NCBI GenBank assembly: GCA_976226885.1
Contig: OZ320317.1
Coordinates: 59,706,001-59,770,000, forward strand
Direction of reading: 5' to 3'
DNA length: 64,000 nucleotides
Source of the DNA: Iphione sp. A-MEVVRFRX5
Taxonomy: Eukaryota
Below, piece after piece: positions 13,739-27,198 of the stretch. Position 1 is the first letter of the stretch. Each line of letters begins with the position of its first letter. The translations under genes were made by a program, and so were the position numbers. The notes under the pieces are model-generated. The model did no database searches. It saw only the letters and a program-made list of their open reading frames with translations, and was not told the origin of the DNA.

Positions 13739-14333
13739 TGTAACGTTTTGGAGTTTGATAAGAGCATTCTGGAATGTTCTGTTTTGGTTCCCAGCTGATT
13801 ACTGGTACAAGACCTCGATTTTCACTTTGTTGTGACTTAATTATCAGTGAAACAACTACTCCTGATGGGAGGGGGACTCCTGGAGCGTTGGGACTGATCA
13901 TTAAGTGTGAAGGGGTTTCCCTTATTTAATATTAACTGTTGTTCTGTCTTAATTGCTTCATATATTATTATTCTACTCTTATAAATAAACTCTGACTCCA
14001 TTATGTGGATCAATCAGTTTATCTCTCTTACAAACTCTGACTCCATTATGTGGATCAGTCGGTTTGTTTCTCCTTTGTGTATATAATGTATGCTCTCGAG
14101 CCTCAGACGTGAGCTCGTCGGTTATTTTCGGAAACGGTGATGTCACGATGACGTCACATATGACTTCATGTCTGGTTTTGTTGTATATAAGATTGGAATA
14201 AACTCTTCAGGATTCATTCTGCTAGAATCTACCACGCTGTGATCTGCATCTCGACTTAGCCTTGGTTCTTTCATATGGCTTCCAAAAGTCTTGAAACAGG
14301 GGACGTGAACTCGCACCTAACTGGGAGGTAACA
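13739..14333 (+). repeat. 3' LTR (595 bp)
   Basis: Differs from the 5' LTR by 6 substitutions and one 4-bp indel by eye. Confidence 0.95.
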
Positions 14334-17300
14334 ACGTGCACATGGAAACCCAGCCTAATTTTCATGTATGTGTGTAGCATGTTCGGTGGCTGTGCGGCAC
14401 CATGAGCATATTCATCAGGTATAATCTCAGTAGATAACCATAGTTTCCATGGAAAACACGCCCTCACAGCTGTGAAATATAGTGGGACATTTCCCAATCT
14501 GGAAACATACTATACAGTACAAACTACATGCGTGCAAGGAAGCAACCCGTCCTGAAAACAGATCACCCACAGCTGTGCAAACGCGTATACATGGGAATCA
14601 AGCTTATGATGCAGCCAAACAGCAGCACTTTAAATTTAGTTGAAAAAAGGTTCAAAGAACGCATCGCTATAGGTGGCAATTTAGTAAGCACACCATGGGT
14701 TCAGATCTTTCACAAATCAAGCCTATTACCATACTAAGTAGCTCTAAAAGCATAGCCCATCTACATCAGTTAACAGTCATGGGAAATCTAGAACCCCAGT
14801 AGCAAGGCGGTGCTCATGGACATCAATCAAGTTTACCTTTACATTGCGGCAGAAAGCGAACGGAGGAAAAAACGACGATTACAAAAAGACTATAAACACA
14901 TTGTATAAATCAGCACCTGTTATGCTACATGTTTTAAATATCAACTTCAATGGGGGGGTCGGAAAATGTTTCCTTCAGAGGCATTTACCATATATTTATT
15001 TAACGGAACGGGGGGGGGGGATCCCGTGGCCTTCCCGAATGCCACATGTATACAGTGCGTACTATAATACATTTTTCCCACCCCGAATCAATACGGCCAA
15101 CGATAGATAGTTAAGTATATGTGCTTGGCCAGATTATTTCTGGATAAGGTAAGACAAGAAGTTGTACATGCTCAGGTGTAAAACGAGTGCAGCACCCAAG
15201 CAAACCGAGGAATCCGGAGACTGGGTCATTCCGCTCTGTAAAAAGCGCTGACATTCGCTGTCATTCCCCATGCTTTGGATTTACAGCAAAGATCTACATT
15301 TCACATAACTTCATCTGTGAAAGAAAGAAATTTCTCTTTATCATTCCTATACCTCTTTAAGAGAACGCAAATGAATTGGGAATCGAGGCAAAAGGACACA
15401 ATGAACCCGAAGAGTCGGTAATGGTACATAAATTTCTAGGTGGCCCGTACAGAAATGAACAACCACAATATTCAAGCACGAGAAATATCTAAGAGAATGC
15501 ACGTACGGGAAACATAAGAACACCATCTGCTTTGATATACACCTGAGTCAGTTTGTCTTCTCATCCGACCTATATGTATTTTGATGCAATGTCAGGTAAA
15601 ATGACTGCAATGACCCACATTGTCAAGGGTCTCTTCGGATCGTTCGATTCCCTACATTGGTACTGAATACCTGCTTTTTTCACCGTTGGCACAAAGCGTT
15701 CATTCTTTGTAGCTAAATATATCCTGAATCTCATCCCCAGCATTCCGTTTTGAATACCTATTGTGGCCAGTAGTGAATAATAGAACGACGTATTAAGAAG
15801 TGCTAGAAACGAAATCCTTCACGGCTGGCGCATGAATATTTAAACAGGAAACGTAAGAAAACCGAATTACGAGTGCTGGCGAGAGTAAATAAGCGCCCGT
15901 GAAAATCAGCTAAATGAATTAAAGGCTACACTAATGAAAGAGTGTTATTTGTGGTAATCTAGGAGTTGTTTCGAATCGATTCAAATTCTGACGTTCGGAT
16001 TAAACCAACAGAAAATAAAGGAGGGCGAAGAATGTCACTTGGCAGCATTCAGTATCCATCCCAAAATTTCTGACACTTTCGAACTGCCGTCATTGTCTGT
16101 GGACGTATATTTATTGGGCTGAAGCTTAGCAGCCATATCAGAGGTGATGTTATAGCAAGCACGAGGACAGTTGCCTCTTCTACGTTCTAGAGTGGAGACG
16201 TACGCCTGGGGCTGTTCTGCCCTTGGGAATCACCCACAGAGGCCATTATGTGCTATCTTCACTCCACTGAACGCACACCCGCCATATATTTATGTGTGTT
16301 TGTGTATGTGTGTACGCGTGTTGGTACAATTCTCATGAGTGATAAACCTACGACTGCCCGTGACTGGCGACTGTCTCCACTCTGAAAACAGTGCACATAG
16401 TATGACAGGTCTTCTTGGGACAACTCCCTAATGATGATAACATTTCGAAACGATATTGTACCCGTATTTCAGGTGATAATTAGCATCTTTTTTTTTCTAA
16501 ATGTAACAACCATACTACACCAACGATTTTCATTTTCGAGTCACCCCGGATGGCATTACCATGAGAGGCATTGTTATTTTGTGGTTATTGCATTCATGCG
16601 GGTCGGAGCTGGTGCTATTCTTTTTTCATTTTGTACCGTTAGCTGTAAATACAGCATCACAAATCGCATATCTGAAATGGTTCCGAGATGCAGAACGTAA
16701 CAGATGCGCATCTAGCCTAACAACGCGGAAGTCGCGACGTTTCCTGAGAGCGCACATCCGGAGTTTCCTCCCGTTTGATTGGTTGCTACAAGCATGATTC
16801 ATCTCGGCGTCTTAGCTAGACGCTGTCGGTGTCCACTGAAATATTCACCGATGAAATAACACATGACCTGACGTGCATGTGTCGTTAGGAAGCGGATGGA
16901 AAAAAAACTATCGCTGGTAGAATGTGGTTCTGCATAAAAATGATGGAATACAACTCTGCTAGTACTCTTGATGAGGGCATTTCAAAAACATAACCAAAAA
17001 TTATTAAATGGGACTTTCTATAATAGCTATAAGAGGACTGTGTGTATAAATACGTGTATAACAGAACGTAGCAAATATATGGAGTAAACAGACAATGAGG
17101 CTGCCTCTACTACGTACACCCAACATAGGTATCTGTGGCCAGATTTATATATTCTTACATGCACATGTATACAGGTTTCAACCAAGCACATACAATATTT
17201 TTTCGACAAAACTTTTCACTTCTTGCATATCTATCACACCCTCACATAACTGGACTGGGTGATTAAGTCACGTCTTTCTTCGCATTTGTTTCAATACAGA

Positions 17301-18794
17301 AAATATTTATTCGGAAATGGTAATGCTGTAGATGTATACGGTATGCGAATATTACCATCAGCACATATAAATACTATACAGATCAGAGAGATCATTAAAA
17401 GTGTCATAAAGAAAAACATTCCTTTTTCATGGTATAATGGTAACTATACAACAGTGCTACAAAATACGATAAATGCTCTATTTACAGGTGGTATGCAGCT
17501 GTCTCACTCAGTGGGCGTTCGGTGAAAATAAGCTTTGTATTCTGTGGGTGTAACATTAATAGGATATTGAGGGGAAGCGCTATATTTGTTCAATATGGAT
17601 GATGCGTTACATTCACTCGTTTCCAACGTAAGGGAAAGTGTACACTCAGTGCGTACATTGTTTGGGTTTTTGTATTTCGTGTCGCAAAAGTCAGAACTGT
17701 TTGGTGCCCATTCTAATTATTTCACATACTATCTGCTATAAACGCAGGATGTACAGTCCAAGATTTCATCTTAGTCCTTGGTGCTTTAGAACACCTTCTG
17801 TTCCGATGTGACTATGATGGAATTTTGGAATAGATATACACTGGATACTCTCTATGTTTGGAGAGTAAACAAAGCGTAGGATGGCTAGAATTGCTACCTG
17901 TAACGGCACCAGTAATTCCTGATGCGGAACATGTATTTTTGAAAAAAAAAACTCTGACGCATTTCCTATCGCTTTGTTGATGAAGGAATGGAGATCTAGA
18001 TAATACGCCTCTTAACGCTCAGCAACAATGCGAATAACATCTCTTGCAATATTTATATGACCCTTACTGATGAATGCGCCTCATTTCACACGGTAATGAA
18101 TCTATTCTATTCATGCATCATTTGAAGAACATGTTTAGTTTTGAAATTAACGTACTCCCGATGCGGAGAGTTTCAGCTCTTCTAAAAAGGAAAACAAGCC
18201 CTCAGGACTGGCATGCAATTACCCTTCGGACAGTTAGTGCTTTGAGAATATCTGAAGGAATATTGTTCCAAGTATTGTGTCGGGAATAAATATGAAATTA
18301 ATTAGAAAGAAATAAAGATATATGTATAAAATTATGACAATATTTTGCCCTATGAGTATTACGGGTTTGGAGGATCATCGGCAGAAGTCCGGATCTTGCC
18401 GTCGCTGAATGAGGCTACCTCCCTCAAAGGACCTGTGAGAGACACATTCACATCACCACCTGTGCGCTCAGCTCCAGGTAAGCCACAAAGACTGATTGAA
18501 GAGCCTGATACTCTGGGGGCCTAAGCAGGGATCTGAACGAAGGGGGCAAGGGGGGAGGTGCAAGGCAGAGTCTAGTTCTATGCTGGCGTCTTTCTGCTCC
18601 CTACACTTCTACCGTGACGGCTGACAAGCGACGACTGACAAAAGACGTCCTGGAAGAGGCATGCTTTTGTGCTCCACCCCTCCACTCAGTCCATCGTCAC
18701 CCCTCACGTCATCCTCCTCCCCTCAATCTCCACGCGGGTACCGCATGCTCACCGCCTGAGCAGCTCCAAGGGAGTCACTAGATGACCATTGATG

Positions 18795-18824
18795 GGCGCC
18801 ATAGCAACTGGTCGCCATGGATAC
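18795..18824. promoter_or_regulatory. Paired RFX X-boxes
   Basis: GGCGCCATAGCAAC (one mismatch) and GTCGCCATGGATAC. Confidence 0.5.
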
Positions 18825-19109
18825 AACAGGAAGGTAGCGGGCCAAAAGGACCGGCATACGCTTGCAAGTGGAGTAGTTAGAGGTAATTGGAGGTGTGGAG
18901 AGGGAGCGCTGGCCACGAAATAAGTGGCTACTGGCGGAATCTGCGTTGTAGAAGATGGGGGTAGGATTCCGGAGAAGAGGCCCGACTCAGAAGTAGGAAA
19001 TGATGGGCAAAGATGGGGCCGGATCTGGTCAGGCCGTGTTCCGCCGCTTCTATGAATGTACTGAAACAATGGAGCAATTGGCAAACTTCTTCCTGTCCGT
19101 CCACCTTAC

Positions 19110-19214
19110 CACTGAAGCCTTTAGCAGAGGCAACAGGAGGTTCGTAGTGAGTAACTCGCTGGTATTGGGCACCATGAGAACAATGGCCTCTGACGCGAGA
19201 AACTCACAATGGCC
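19110..19214 (-). CDS. Candidate following exon of the polycystin-1 family gene
   Basis: Acceptor cctcctcgctgcttgttag, donor GTG|gtaagg; 105 nt, phase 0-0, matching the phase-0 end of exon 19699-19879. Open frame GHCEFLASEAIVLMVPNTSELLTTNLLLPLLKASV shows only weak resemblance to recalled PKD1 AAALAQCMGPSRELV. Confidence 0.4.
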
Positions 19215-19698
19215 CTAACAAGCAGCGAGGAGGCTGCTTATTCCTATTTCCGGTCGCTCTTATGAAGGGTCAATTCGCGCCAAAAGAAAGAAAAAGTTTT
19301 CTTCCGTTGGTGATAGTGGAACGAGAGACACGGTACGGTATGGGTCAGACTTGCTGACAGCCACCAACAATGTTCCATTCTGCCAACCATTATGTATGTA
19401 AAACAAAGCGTAAAGCGCCAAGTTCTCTTTACCATTCTCTCATCAAGGTTACAGATGGGCAACACGAACACGCACTACCCTTGTTACGGCTCTGCGAGAG
19501 AGCTTCACTCAAAGAATAAATTGATTAGTCAAGAAGATCGTAACGCGTTTCGTAAGTTTGGGTAAATGATTTCCGTCGAGTAATGAGACCTAAATTTACA
19601 TTAAGGTAAAGTTCCAGTACGAGACTTCACATGCGCGTGATCCCACCGCGCCAAAGGGAGTTTTCCAATAGACAGACAAGTACAAAGGTATCCCTTAC

Positions 19699-19879
19699 CT
19701 CGTCACGCATGGGCAGCTCCTTGAGTGTCTCCAGCATGGTCGTTCTGATCTTCGCACGAAGGGCAGTCTGCGACGCGTTGCCGTAACCATGGTTTCGATT
19801 GAGCCAGTGCGCCACCAAGCGGGTATGAAGGCGTGCATTCCTATTATCGCCCTTGGACACGTACGTCTGAAGTTCGTTC
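19699..19879 (-). CDS. PKD1L1: Next coding exon of the same polycystin-1 family gene
   Basis: Acceptor tatttgtggtcgacacag, donor GAG|gtaagg; 181 nt = 1+60 codons. Its first base completes the CT left by exon 32797-32914 (CTG, Leu). Reads NELQTYVSKGDNRNARLHTRLVAHWLNRNHGYGNASQTALRAKIRTTMLETLKELPMRDE; RAKIRTTMLETL matches recalled PKD1 RAQIRKNITETL. Confidence 0.75.
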
Positions 19880-22800
19880 CTGTGTCGACCACAAATACGT
19901 ATATTTAATTTCAGTAAAAAAAAACCGGCATTTTCCGTTTAAAAATTAGTCTCAAAGGAACTTCACGTGTGTGCATGGCATTAGTTGAGGAGATGGTCCA
20001 TCAAATGGAAAGATAATTCATACCGACAGCATATAAACCAACACGTAAATTCAAAGCTTTATATTCAAAATATACTTATTTCGGATGTCGGGGCCTTAAA
20101 CCCGTTTCACCTTGACGAGAGCATAACTTGTACCACGAATTGACTAGAGATTATACTGCATTGAATAAACAATCACCCAGGGGACCTCTGTAAGTATCCT
20201 CTAGGGCACAGACTAACTAATGTAGGAGGTATACGGGCAAGCCGTCGTACACATTTGCTCGGTTCCTAGAAGCAGTTGCCTGAGCTCACTCTTGCCTTTC
20301 CTTCCGCTTGCTTCTTTCTGGCGGGGTACAGACGACATTTTCAAAATGAACAACTATCTTCCTGATTAGGTCACTATGGCAAATTTAGTGCTAGACGGTC
20401 TGAAGAAATTGTGTCTATATGTACTGTAGGGTAAGCAATAGAAGTCCGTTTCGATTATGCTGATATATGTACATACCACGACAGAACAGTCAAACCGCAA
20501 AACAACCCACTTTGAGGGATATTAAAATATAAACTGGCACGTAGGATGTTTTTTTTATTAAAGCATGTAGCAACTATTTAAAATGATTTGTATATCATGG
20601 CTGCATGGTGCATTACGTGGTTCAGCCAACACACATGTGTAAAACAGAAATGACTTCCCAAGTTGAAGGATTATTGCCCAAGGAGAAGGAGCGGGTAGTG
20701 GATGAGCGTCCAAGTATTTGTAGGCTCTTTGATAGTATTAGGTCCGGTTACCATACCTGCGTTGATGTGCATGCGCGATTCTGTGCAATACTGTTCGTTT
20801 TTATCGGTCATGCTGTTTAGAGTCTAGGGTGTTCCATACCTGCGTTTGGTGTCTGTGTGCATTGCAGTGCGTTGCCCGTTTTCGGGCACTGCCCGATAAT
20901 TTCAACGCACAAGCACACCAACGCTAATCTACTCTATTCATTTCCTGCAACCTCATGTAACCTGAAAATGACGATACCTCTGTGTGTATGGGTGTGGGAA
21001 ACCAAAGTCACTACAAACGCACTAGAAACGCACACAGAAGGGACCACAAACACACATAACCTCACGTAGAGAAACCCGGCCTTATCTGTGCGGTAAGACT
21101 AATGTAGGAGGTTTGTTTACCTACAACTTTTATTAATTTAAAATCTTTGAGATGTTTACTTTAAATAAGTACGATTTCAGAAAATCTATAGTAAGTATAG
21201 TTTGCAGTAGGTATTTTTACAACATTTATTTCAGCTGGAAAATGACACACAACAAGGTATTTACATCCAGACAAATCCGCTCTTACTTTCCAAGATGAAT
21301 TAACACATAAATGAGATGAGGGATGAAATTGTTGAACAATGCTAATGGAGATAATGAGCGATTACTTTCTTTCTTTTAAACACTGCACATACATTAGTCT
21401 TTTGAGCTTGTATCTTGATAACATATATTATGGTTCAAGGAGTCTTTGCAGGATTTGCAGTAGCTGCATTTTGACATGAACGTTAGTGTACATGTACATT
21501 GATTTGCTTAAAGTACTTAAGCGTGAAAATATATCCTTTATATTAGTTACTTTATTTTCCAGACTGTCCCATAAACCCCTGTTCTCTCCTAAACTGTAAG
21601 CTAGCCCCCACTGGAGTTCGACCACAAGTTTTCCCTATCAAGGATTGAACATCCGTGGATGTCCGTCCTCACTTGACCCCATGACCTGAGGTAGCATAAC
21701 ATATGAAGGAGAAACCAGCGCTGGGATTAATTGACATGAACTGCAGACTGAGGGGCTGAAACTCGACACACGGAGAGATATGATTTACCACAGTTGGAAT
21801 ACACCACCCCTTAAAATGCAAGTGGCATATGCAATGTAAATGCTAACAGTGAATCATCTTTAAAAGTAGAAAGAAGCACATTCAGCACTGAGAAACAAGC
21901 ACCGCCGACTAGTGTTTCACCGGTAGGAATGTAAAGTGTAACCAAGCTTTGGGATATAAAATTACGATAACTCCCAATTCTTAAAGTACATTGTGACATG
22001 CTAAATCTTCGGAGTGATATGTGAATGATAGACTTGCACAGCCAGGGACGTCTTGGGTCTGGTTTATTTAAATGGAAATGCCAAGTGTAAATCAATCTGT
22101 CGATAAAACGTAGGCTGGAATAGTCTAGTCAAAAAATCAACTGCAGTGGAATCTCGGATCCAGATAACCATCTATACTGGACACCAAGCAAGGATTCCCG
22201 TCGGATTCCATTCAGAACAGCTTAGAAACCCTGTATTTTAAGTCTGTGGCACTATGGCTAATTAAGACACTCAGATGTTTTAGACACCTATGAACGCTGA
22301 ATTTTCAGAACAAAGAGTTTAAACATAAGATATCTTCATTTCCACTTCTCGTTTTACATGGATGATTTCTTCCAGTGAAATGAAGGGGTTGTACTTAACT
22401 AAGATGTAAGACTAGTACATACAAGCAGAGATGAGTGGGAGCATAGGCCAAGTCGATGGTTTAGTTGAGAGGCGTTCATCTAGACACCACAACCATATAC
22501 ATTAATATTTGTGGGAAAAGGTGGGGAAAGCTGTGAAGAAAGGTACGACAAAAGTGTCACGAAACAATGCAAGTAATTCATGAAAATCCCCAAAGTAGAA
22601 CAAATTACTCATGAATACAGTACACGGGAAAAAATAATTCATAAGAGCCTACACAACATACCAATATATTCTTAATAATGTCAATCCTCATCTAGAGGCC
22701 ATCTCATTTTTCATATGGAGGGTAAAGCACTGAGTTTTGCACAACAGTGAGGCATCGTATGTGTTAGCATTTCCTATCAGATATTAGTTAATCTGGACAT

Positions 22801-23468
22801 CATGCAATCCGGCTGGACCTTGCTCTGACTCTTATTTCTGCGAATAGGTAAGATCCCAATGTATATATGGGGACAGCACAGTGTGCCCAAACATCAGATT
22901 TGATATGCAAATAAAATCTATAAATAGCAGCCAGCAGGCATTGGGCACTTTAAGGACGGGCAGGCTGTTGATAACCTACACCAGGCTCCAGTCACAAGCT
23001 ACACATATCAACTGACAACTTGTTACACTACCTATATAAAGATTTTCCCCAAAGTAGGCCTGGTCATGGTACTGTTATCTCATAGTAATGTGATTTTTTA
23101 AAAATACATCATTTTTAAACTTATTGATCCATAAGGATATTTTCAGGCAAAAGAGAGATAATTATTCATATTTTGTGTCTTTGGAAGGTTTATTTCTAAA
23201 ATCATAACATACATATGGTCCTTTTTTCACACTCTGTAGGAATACATCCCAGCTTTGTGTGTCCAGTTAAGCGGAACCGACGATTGTAAACTTGAAGTAC
23301 TTCAGTTGGATGTACCTGGACGAATCGCATGAATGTGAATTGACTTCGGGGGGGGTACTTAGTGTTTGAGGGTCAAGGTGACGGCCCTCGCTCTACCAAC
23401 TTACTGGAGGTGATTCGGGGGGCGGGATTTGTGCGGTAGCCTAGTGACTAGAAAGCGGTGGAACTGTT

Positions 23469-23538
23469 GAGACAGAGAGAGACAGAGACAGACAGACAGA
23501 CAGAGACAGACAAACAGACAGAGACAGAGACAGAGACA
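23469..23538. repeat. (GA)/(GACA)n compound microsatellite
   Basis: Direct reading. Confidence 0.9.
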
Positions 23539-25955
23539 TGCCTACATCCAATGCAAGTGACGGGGGTACTTGTACAAGCTTTGAAATATTAGGAAATACC
23601 TTTTTACATATAATGTTAATATTGAACAGGTTCCATCTGTCGAGAAAAGGAACTCCAACTCTGTGGTAAAGGTTATTAAGTAAAGTACCCTTTTCCATCT
23701 CATTTGTAGTGAAACTATCAAAAAAATGTCTGTAAAGACATCCACAAATATATTTCTCCAGGTCTCTTTTCTTGAGGCTGTTTTCCTAAGCTCTTCAGAG
23801 AAGAGTGGACTTCGTGACCTTGTATTAGAAGCAGCTTTCAATATGAAAAAGTAGATATAAAGATTTTAACCTTTTGCATGCACTACCCTTAATACGTTCA
23901 TACCTATATGAGAGAACTAAGTGAAAGTCAAATAACGTTCCTTTAGAGGCAAGCATAATATCAATTTTACGGCATCCATTCCACGCAGTTAAAATTCAGT
24001 GTTAACAATTTTCATTATATGAACGTATGAAGGTCAGGTGGTTGTCTATATTTTCAAACCATGTATGTATATCTATTTTTATGTACTCTTCTGGAGGTTT
24101 TGCTTATTAGTGAACAGTACACTGTTGGACAAATCAGCAATAATAAAAGAGCGTATGACTGTACTTCTGCTCGTGCTATGGGAGTGCAACAAAGAGTACT
24201 ATCAACGTTAACAGAGCTTACATACACACTTTTTTGTTTCAACAAAAAGAAACAGAATTCCAAAAATGACACCCCAAGTTCAATGCTGATGTGTCCTGAT
24301 TTGCCACATGAGATTCTTCCCTGTTGTAATTTCATAGGTGTATCTGTTCTAGATCTGTTCTGCAATTGAGCAGAATTAAAAGAAACAATGAATAGATGAA
24401 TTACAAGAACAAATACAATGCGACAGTAGAAGTGAAAGATGCTTGACGTGTAAGTGGTAAAGGTATACCGAAGTTATGATATAACATGTCAAAATTATGA
24501 CGAAGCTTTGGAAATACTGAAGACGAAATAGGGAAATAAATGTTATTATATGGGGAGGGTGGAGAAGGGATGAAATGGGATTGAAAGCGGAAGATGAAGA
24601 CACAAGGAAGAGAACGCAAACGAATCAAGGAAGACTTAGGCGGAGAAAAAAGAAGAGAGGAAGAAGATATTACGAACGGATCGGTCGCATGCCAGGGCCT
24701 CTACAACTCTTGTGATGCACTCATTGACACTAGCTTAAAACGCTTGCTGGAAAAGCGAAGGATTAATTCAATGAAGAGAAGGGAACCTGCATGGGCGTTG
24801 GGGGCACAAAAACAAGCCAACAAAACTAATCTGGTAAAATACCATACCCTGGCAGACGCATGTTTAAGAGTGTAATGTAGACACCAGAAAAAAAGACATC
24901 ATGCAAATTTTATCGGTTTTCTCTTTACTAGCTATCATCATTTCCTTCGTGACGATGGCTTTCATTGCTCAGCTCATCTTTCACCTTCCTCGAGATTCAA
25001 TAATGATGACAAAAGCCGTGTGCTGCTGGAGGACAGCTGCATGTGCATTACAGACTCTCTCATCTATAGAAATCGAAGGGCTGTGTATATTACAGGACCG
25101 CATGGGTGAAACATATACATATACGTGAACTAGTGTCACACGTCTCTTCTTTTAAATACATTCGTATACATGTACTAACTTACACTAAGGGAAACTGAGA
25201 GACCAATTTCGACTGCTCCATCAGATCCTCTTAATTTTTAAATGATAGATGCTTGGATGTAATCTATCCGATATATCTATGACCTAGCAATAACCTAGCA
25301 ATGGAAGCAGGGGGACCTGTTCGACCCCGGAATGCACTGTGATCAAAGAAACCTGATGTAATGCAATTGTTGCCATATTACTGAAAATAGGATTAAAATT
25401 CTTTTATAAGCTCTCAATTCTCTTCTAATTTGTAAATATCAGGTTAAATAGTGCCTTTGGGTAACAGTTCTCCGTCCTCAAGTTGGTTAGTTGGTCGCAG
25501 AATGGCCTTGCGGGTGGCATGTCAACAGGAGCTAATTGCTGAAGTCATGCCCCCGACTGCCACCGCCATTACTTTACTGCCAACCATTTTCTCTCACTGC
25601 ATCAGAGACCACAGCGGCCAGGATTTCACGGCTGGATCGAGGACGGGCCGGCGACGACAAATGACTCAGCAGATTTTGGCTTTTGTGCAGGGCTGCCATT
25701 CTTTTCTGCGGGATGACAATATGGCGCAAGTCTCCCCTGGCAACAGCGTGTTGACTGAGCATGGGGCCGTCTGTAGGGCCGTCATGCGCCGGGCTGGCGT
25801 TGGCAATGTTTATCTTTCATTACGCGCCCCAGTCGGTCCCCTGACAGAGCTGGTCCAGTCATTGAATAATTAACACGAGTGCATTATGGGTAGATTTAAA
25901 CGGTAATTGAATTAAAAACAACTGCATCAACCGAGCACTGCCTCATAACCTTGGT

Positions 25956-25969
25956 GTTCCTATGGCAAC
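25956..25969. promoter_or_regulatory. RFX X-box
   Basis: GTTCCTATGGCAAC. Confidence 0.45.
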
Positions 25970-27142
25970 TTGACTTCACGTAGGCGTGCAGAAATGACCA
26001 GGAAATTATCTCATAAAACAAGACAAATATTACAAGTAATATCTATTTTCTTTGAAGCGTTGAATGATGTATATCCGGCAAAATCATAGAATTCTGATTT
26101 CCGACATGTCCAGTGTACTCTTACAGTTTGCGGTGATAGTGGTCTAAAAGCTGACAGACTTTCATATTAGCCATTAGCGTTAAACTGATTTCTAAGCATA
26201 TGTAGAAACATTCTCAACGTATTAGGGAGACTTAGGCCTAGTTTCCATATCTGCATTGCTGTTTACTTGTCTTCATCATTTTCTTGCAGCCTCGAGCAGT
26301 TTCAGGCATGTTTCATAGGTACGCGAATGAAAAATCAGGCCCCATGTGCAGACACGGGGGTACTCCCTGCTGTGTCCTGACACCGTTGCTATCATATGGG
26401 TAGCAGATGTCTCTCCACCATTGCTTCTTATGGAATCTGTGTCCAGACACTGAGTAAACCCATGACACATGGGTAAACATCCGCATCCGCATCCGCATGT
26501 GGACACTGACAAATCCACATACATGTGAATGAGTACAATAGTAAGGGATGGTTTGGAGAAAACCTGCATCCATGTGTGGACACAGAGAAGAAAAATCCAC
26601 ATACATGTGAACAGTGCCTCAGAGAGGAGTGTTTTTGACCCTCCGTTAAGGCTGGATGAGGTTGCAGGAGAATGACCAGGAAAAGTATAAAAAAGGACAA
26701 ACAGAAGGCTAAAAGCCATGAAAACTAGTGAAAATGACAAGAAAAGGGATGAAAAAGGATAAATTTGATGCTAAATGATGAAGAAGGGTGAACTAGTAAG
26801 TAAATATGTGTAATTGTGCATGTTTCACCAGGAAAAGTGAGGAAAAACCTTAAACATTGCTTCTACCTGCCAGCAATGAAGAATATATCCTCTTTACTAC
26901 TGTCCATTAGTATCTGGGTGTGTTAAATTATCGGGCATTGTTAAATACTGAACAATCGACGAATAATACACCTCAGTGCACCACAATGCACAAGGATCTA
27001 AAAGACACCCTTTAATAAGTTTCGCTGGTTCAATAAAAATGGACCTCAACGGACCTCGACACACACAGATGGAAAATGCAAATATGGAAAGCAGGCCTTA
27101 TTCTAACATACAGAAATGAGAATTAGTTTTTTTCCGAATAAA

Positions 27143-27198
27143 GCATGTCCCTATAAGAGGCATATCCCTATTGGTGTCTCTAAAGTGGCTTTCCACTG
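27143..27198 (-). mobile_element. Fragment of the same MITE family
   Basis: Reverse complement cagtggaaagccactttagagacaccaatagggatatg resembles 35942 cagtagaaagccaccttaaggatatgtctccaatagggatatg. Confidence 0.5.

Larger units (their letters stand above)
11351..14333 (+). mobile_element. Complete non-autonomous LTR retroelement (Gypsy-type termini) carrying a captured RWD domain
   Basis: Direct repeats 11351-11949 and 13739-14333 with TG...CA ends, ACGT 4-bp target site duplication on both flanks, PBS after the 5' LTR, PPT before the 3' LTR; no gag/pol ORF inside. Confidence 0.95.

Noticed and set aside
20857-20876. miR-33-like sequence
   Set aside because: Several mismatches, no precursor hairpin, not in an SREBP intron.
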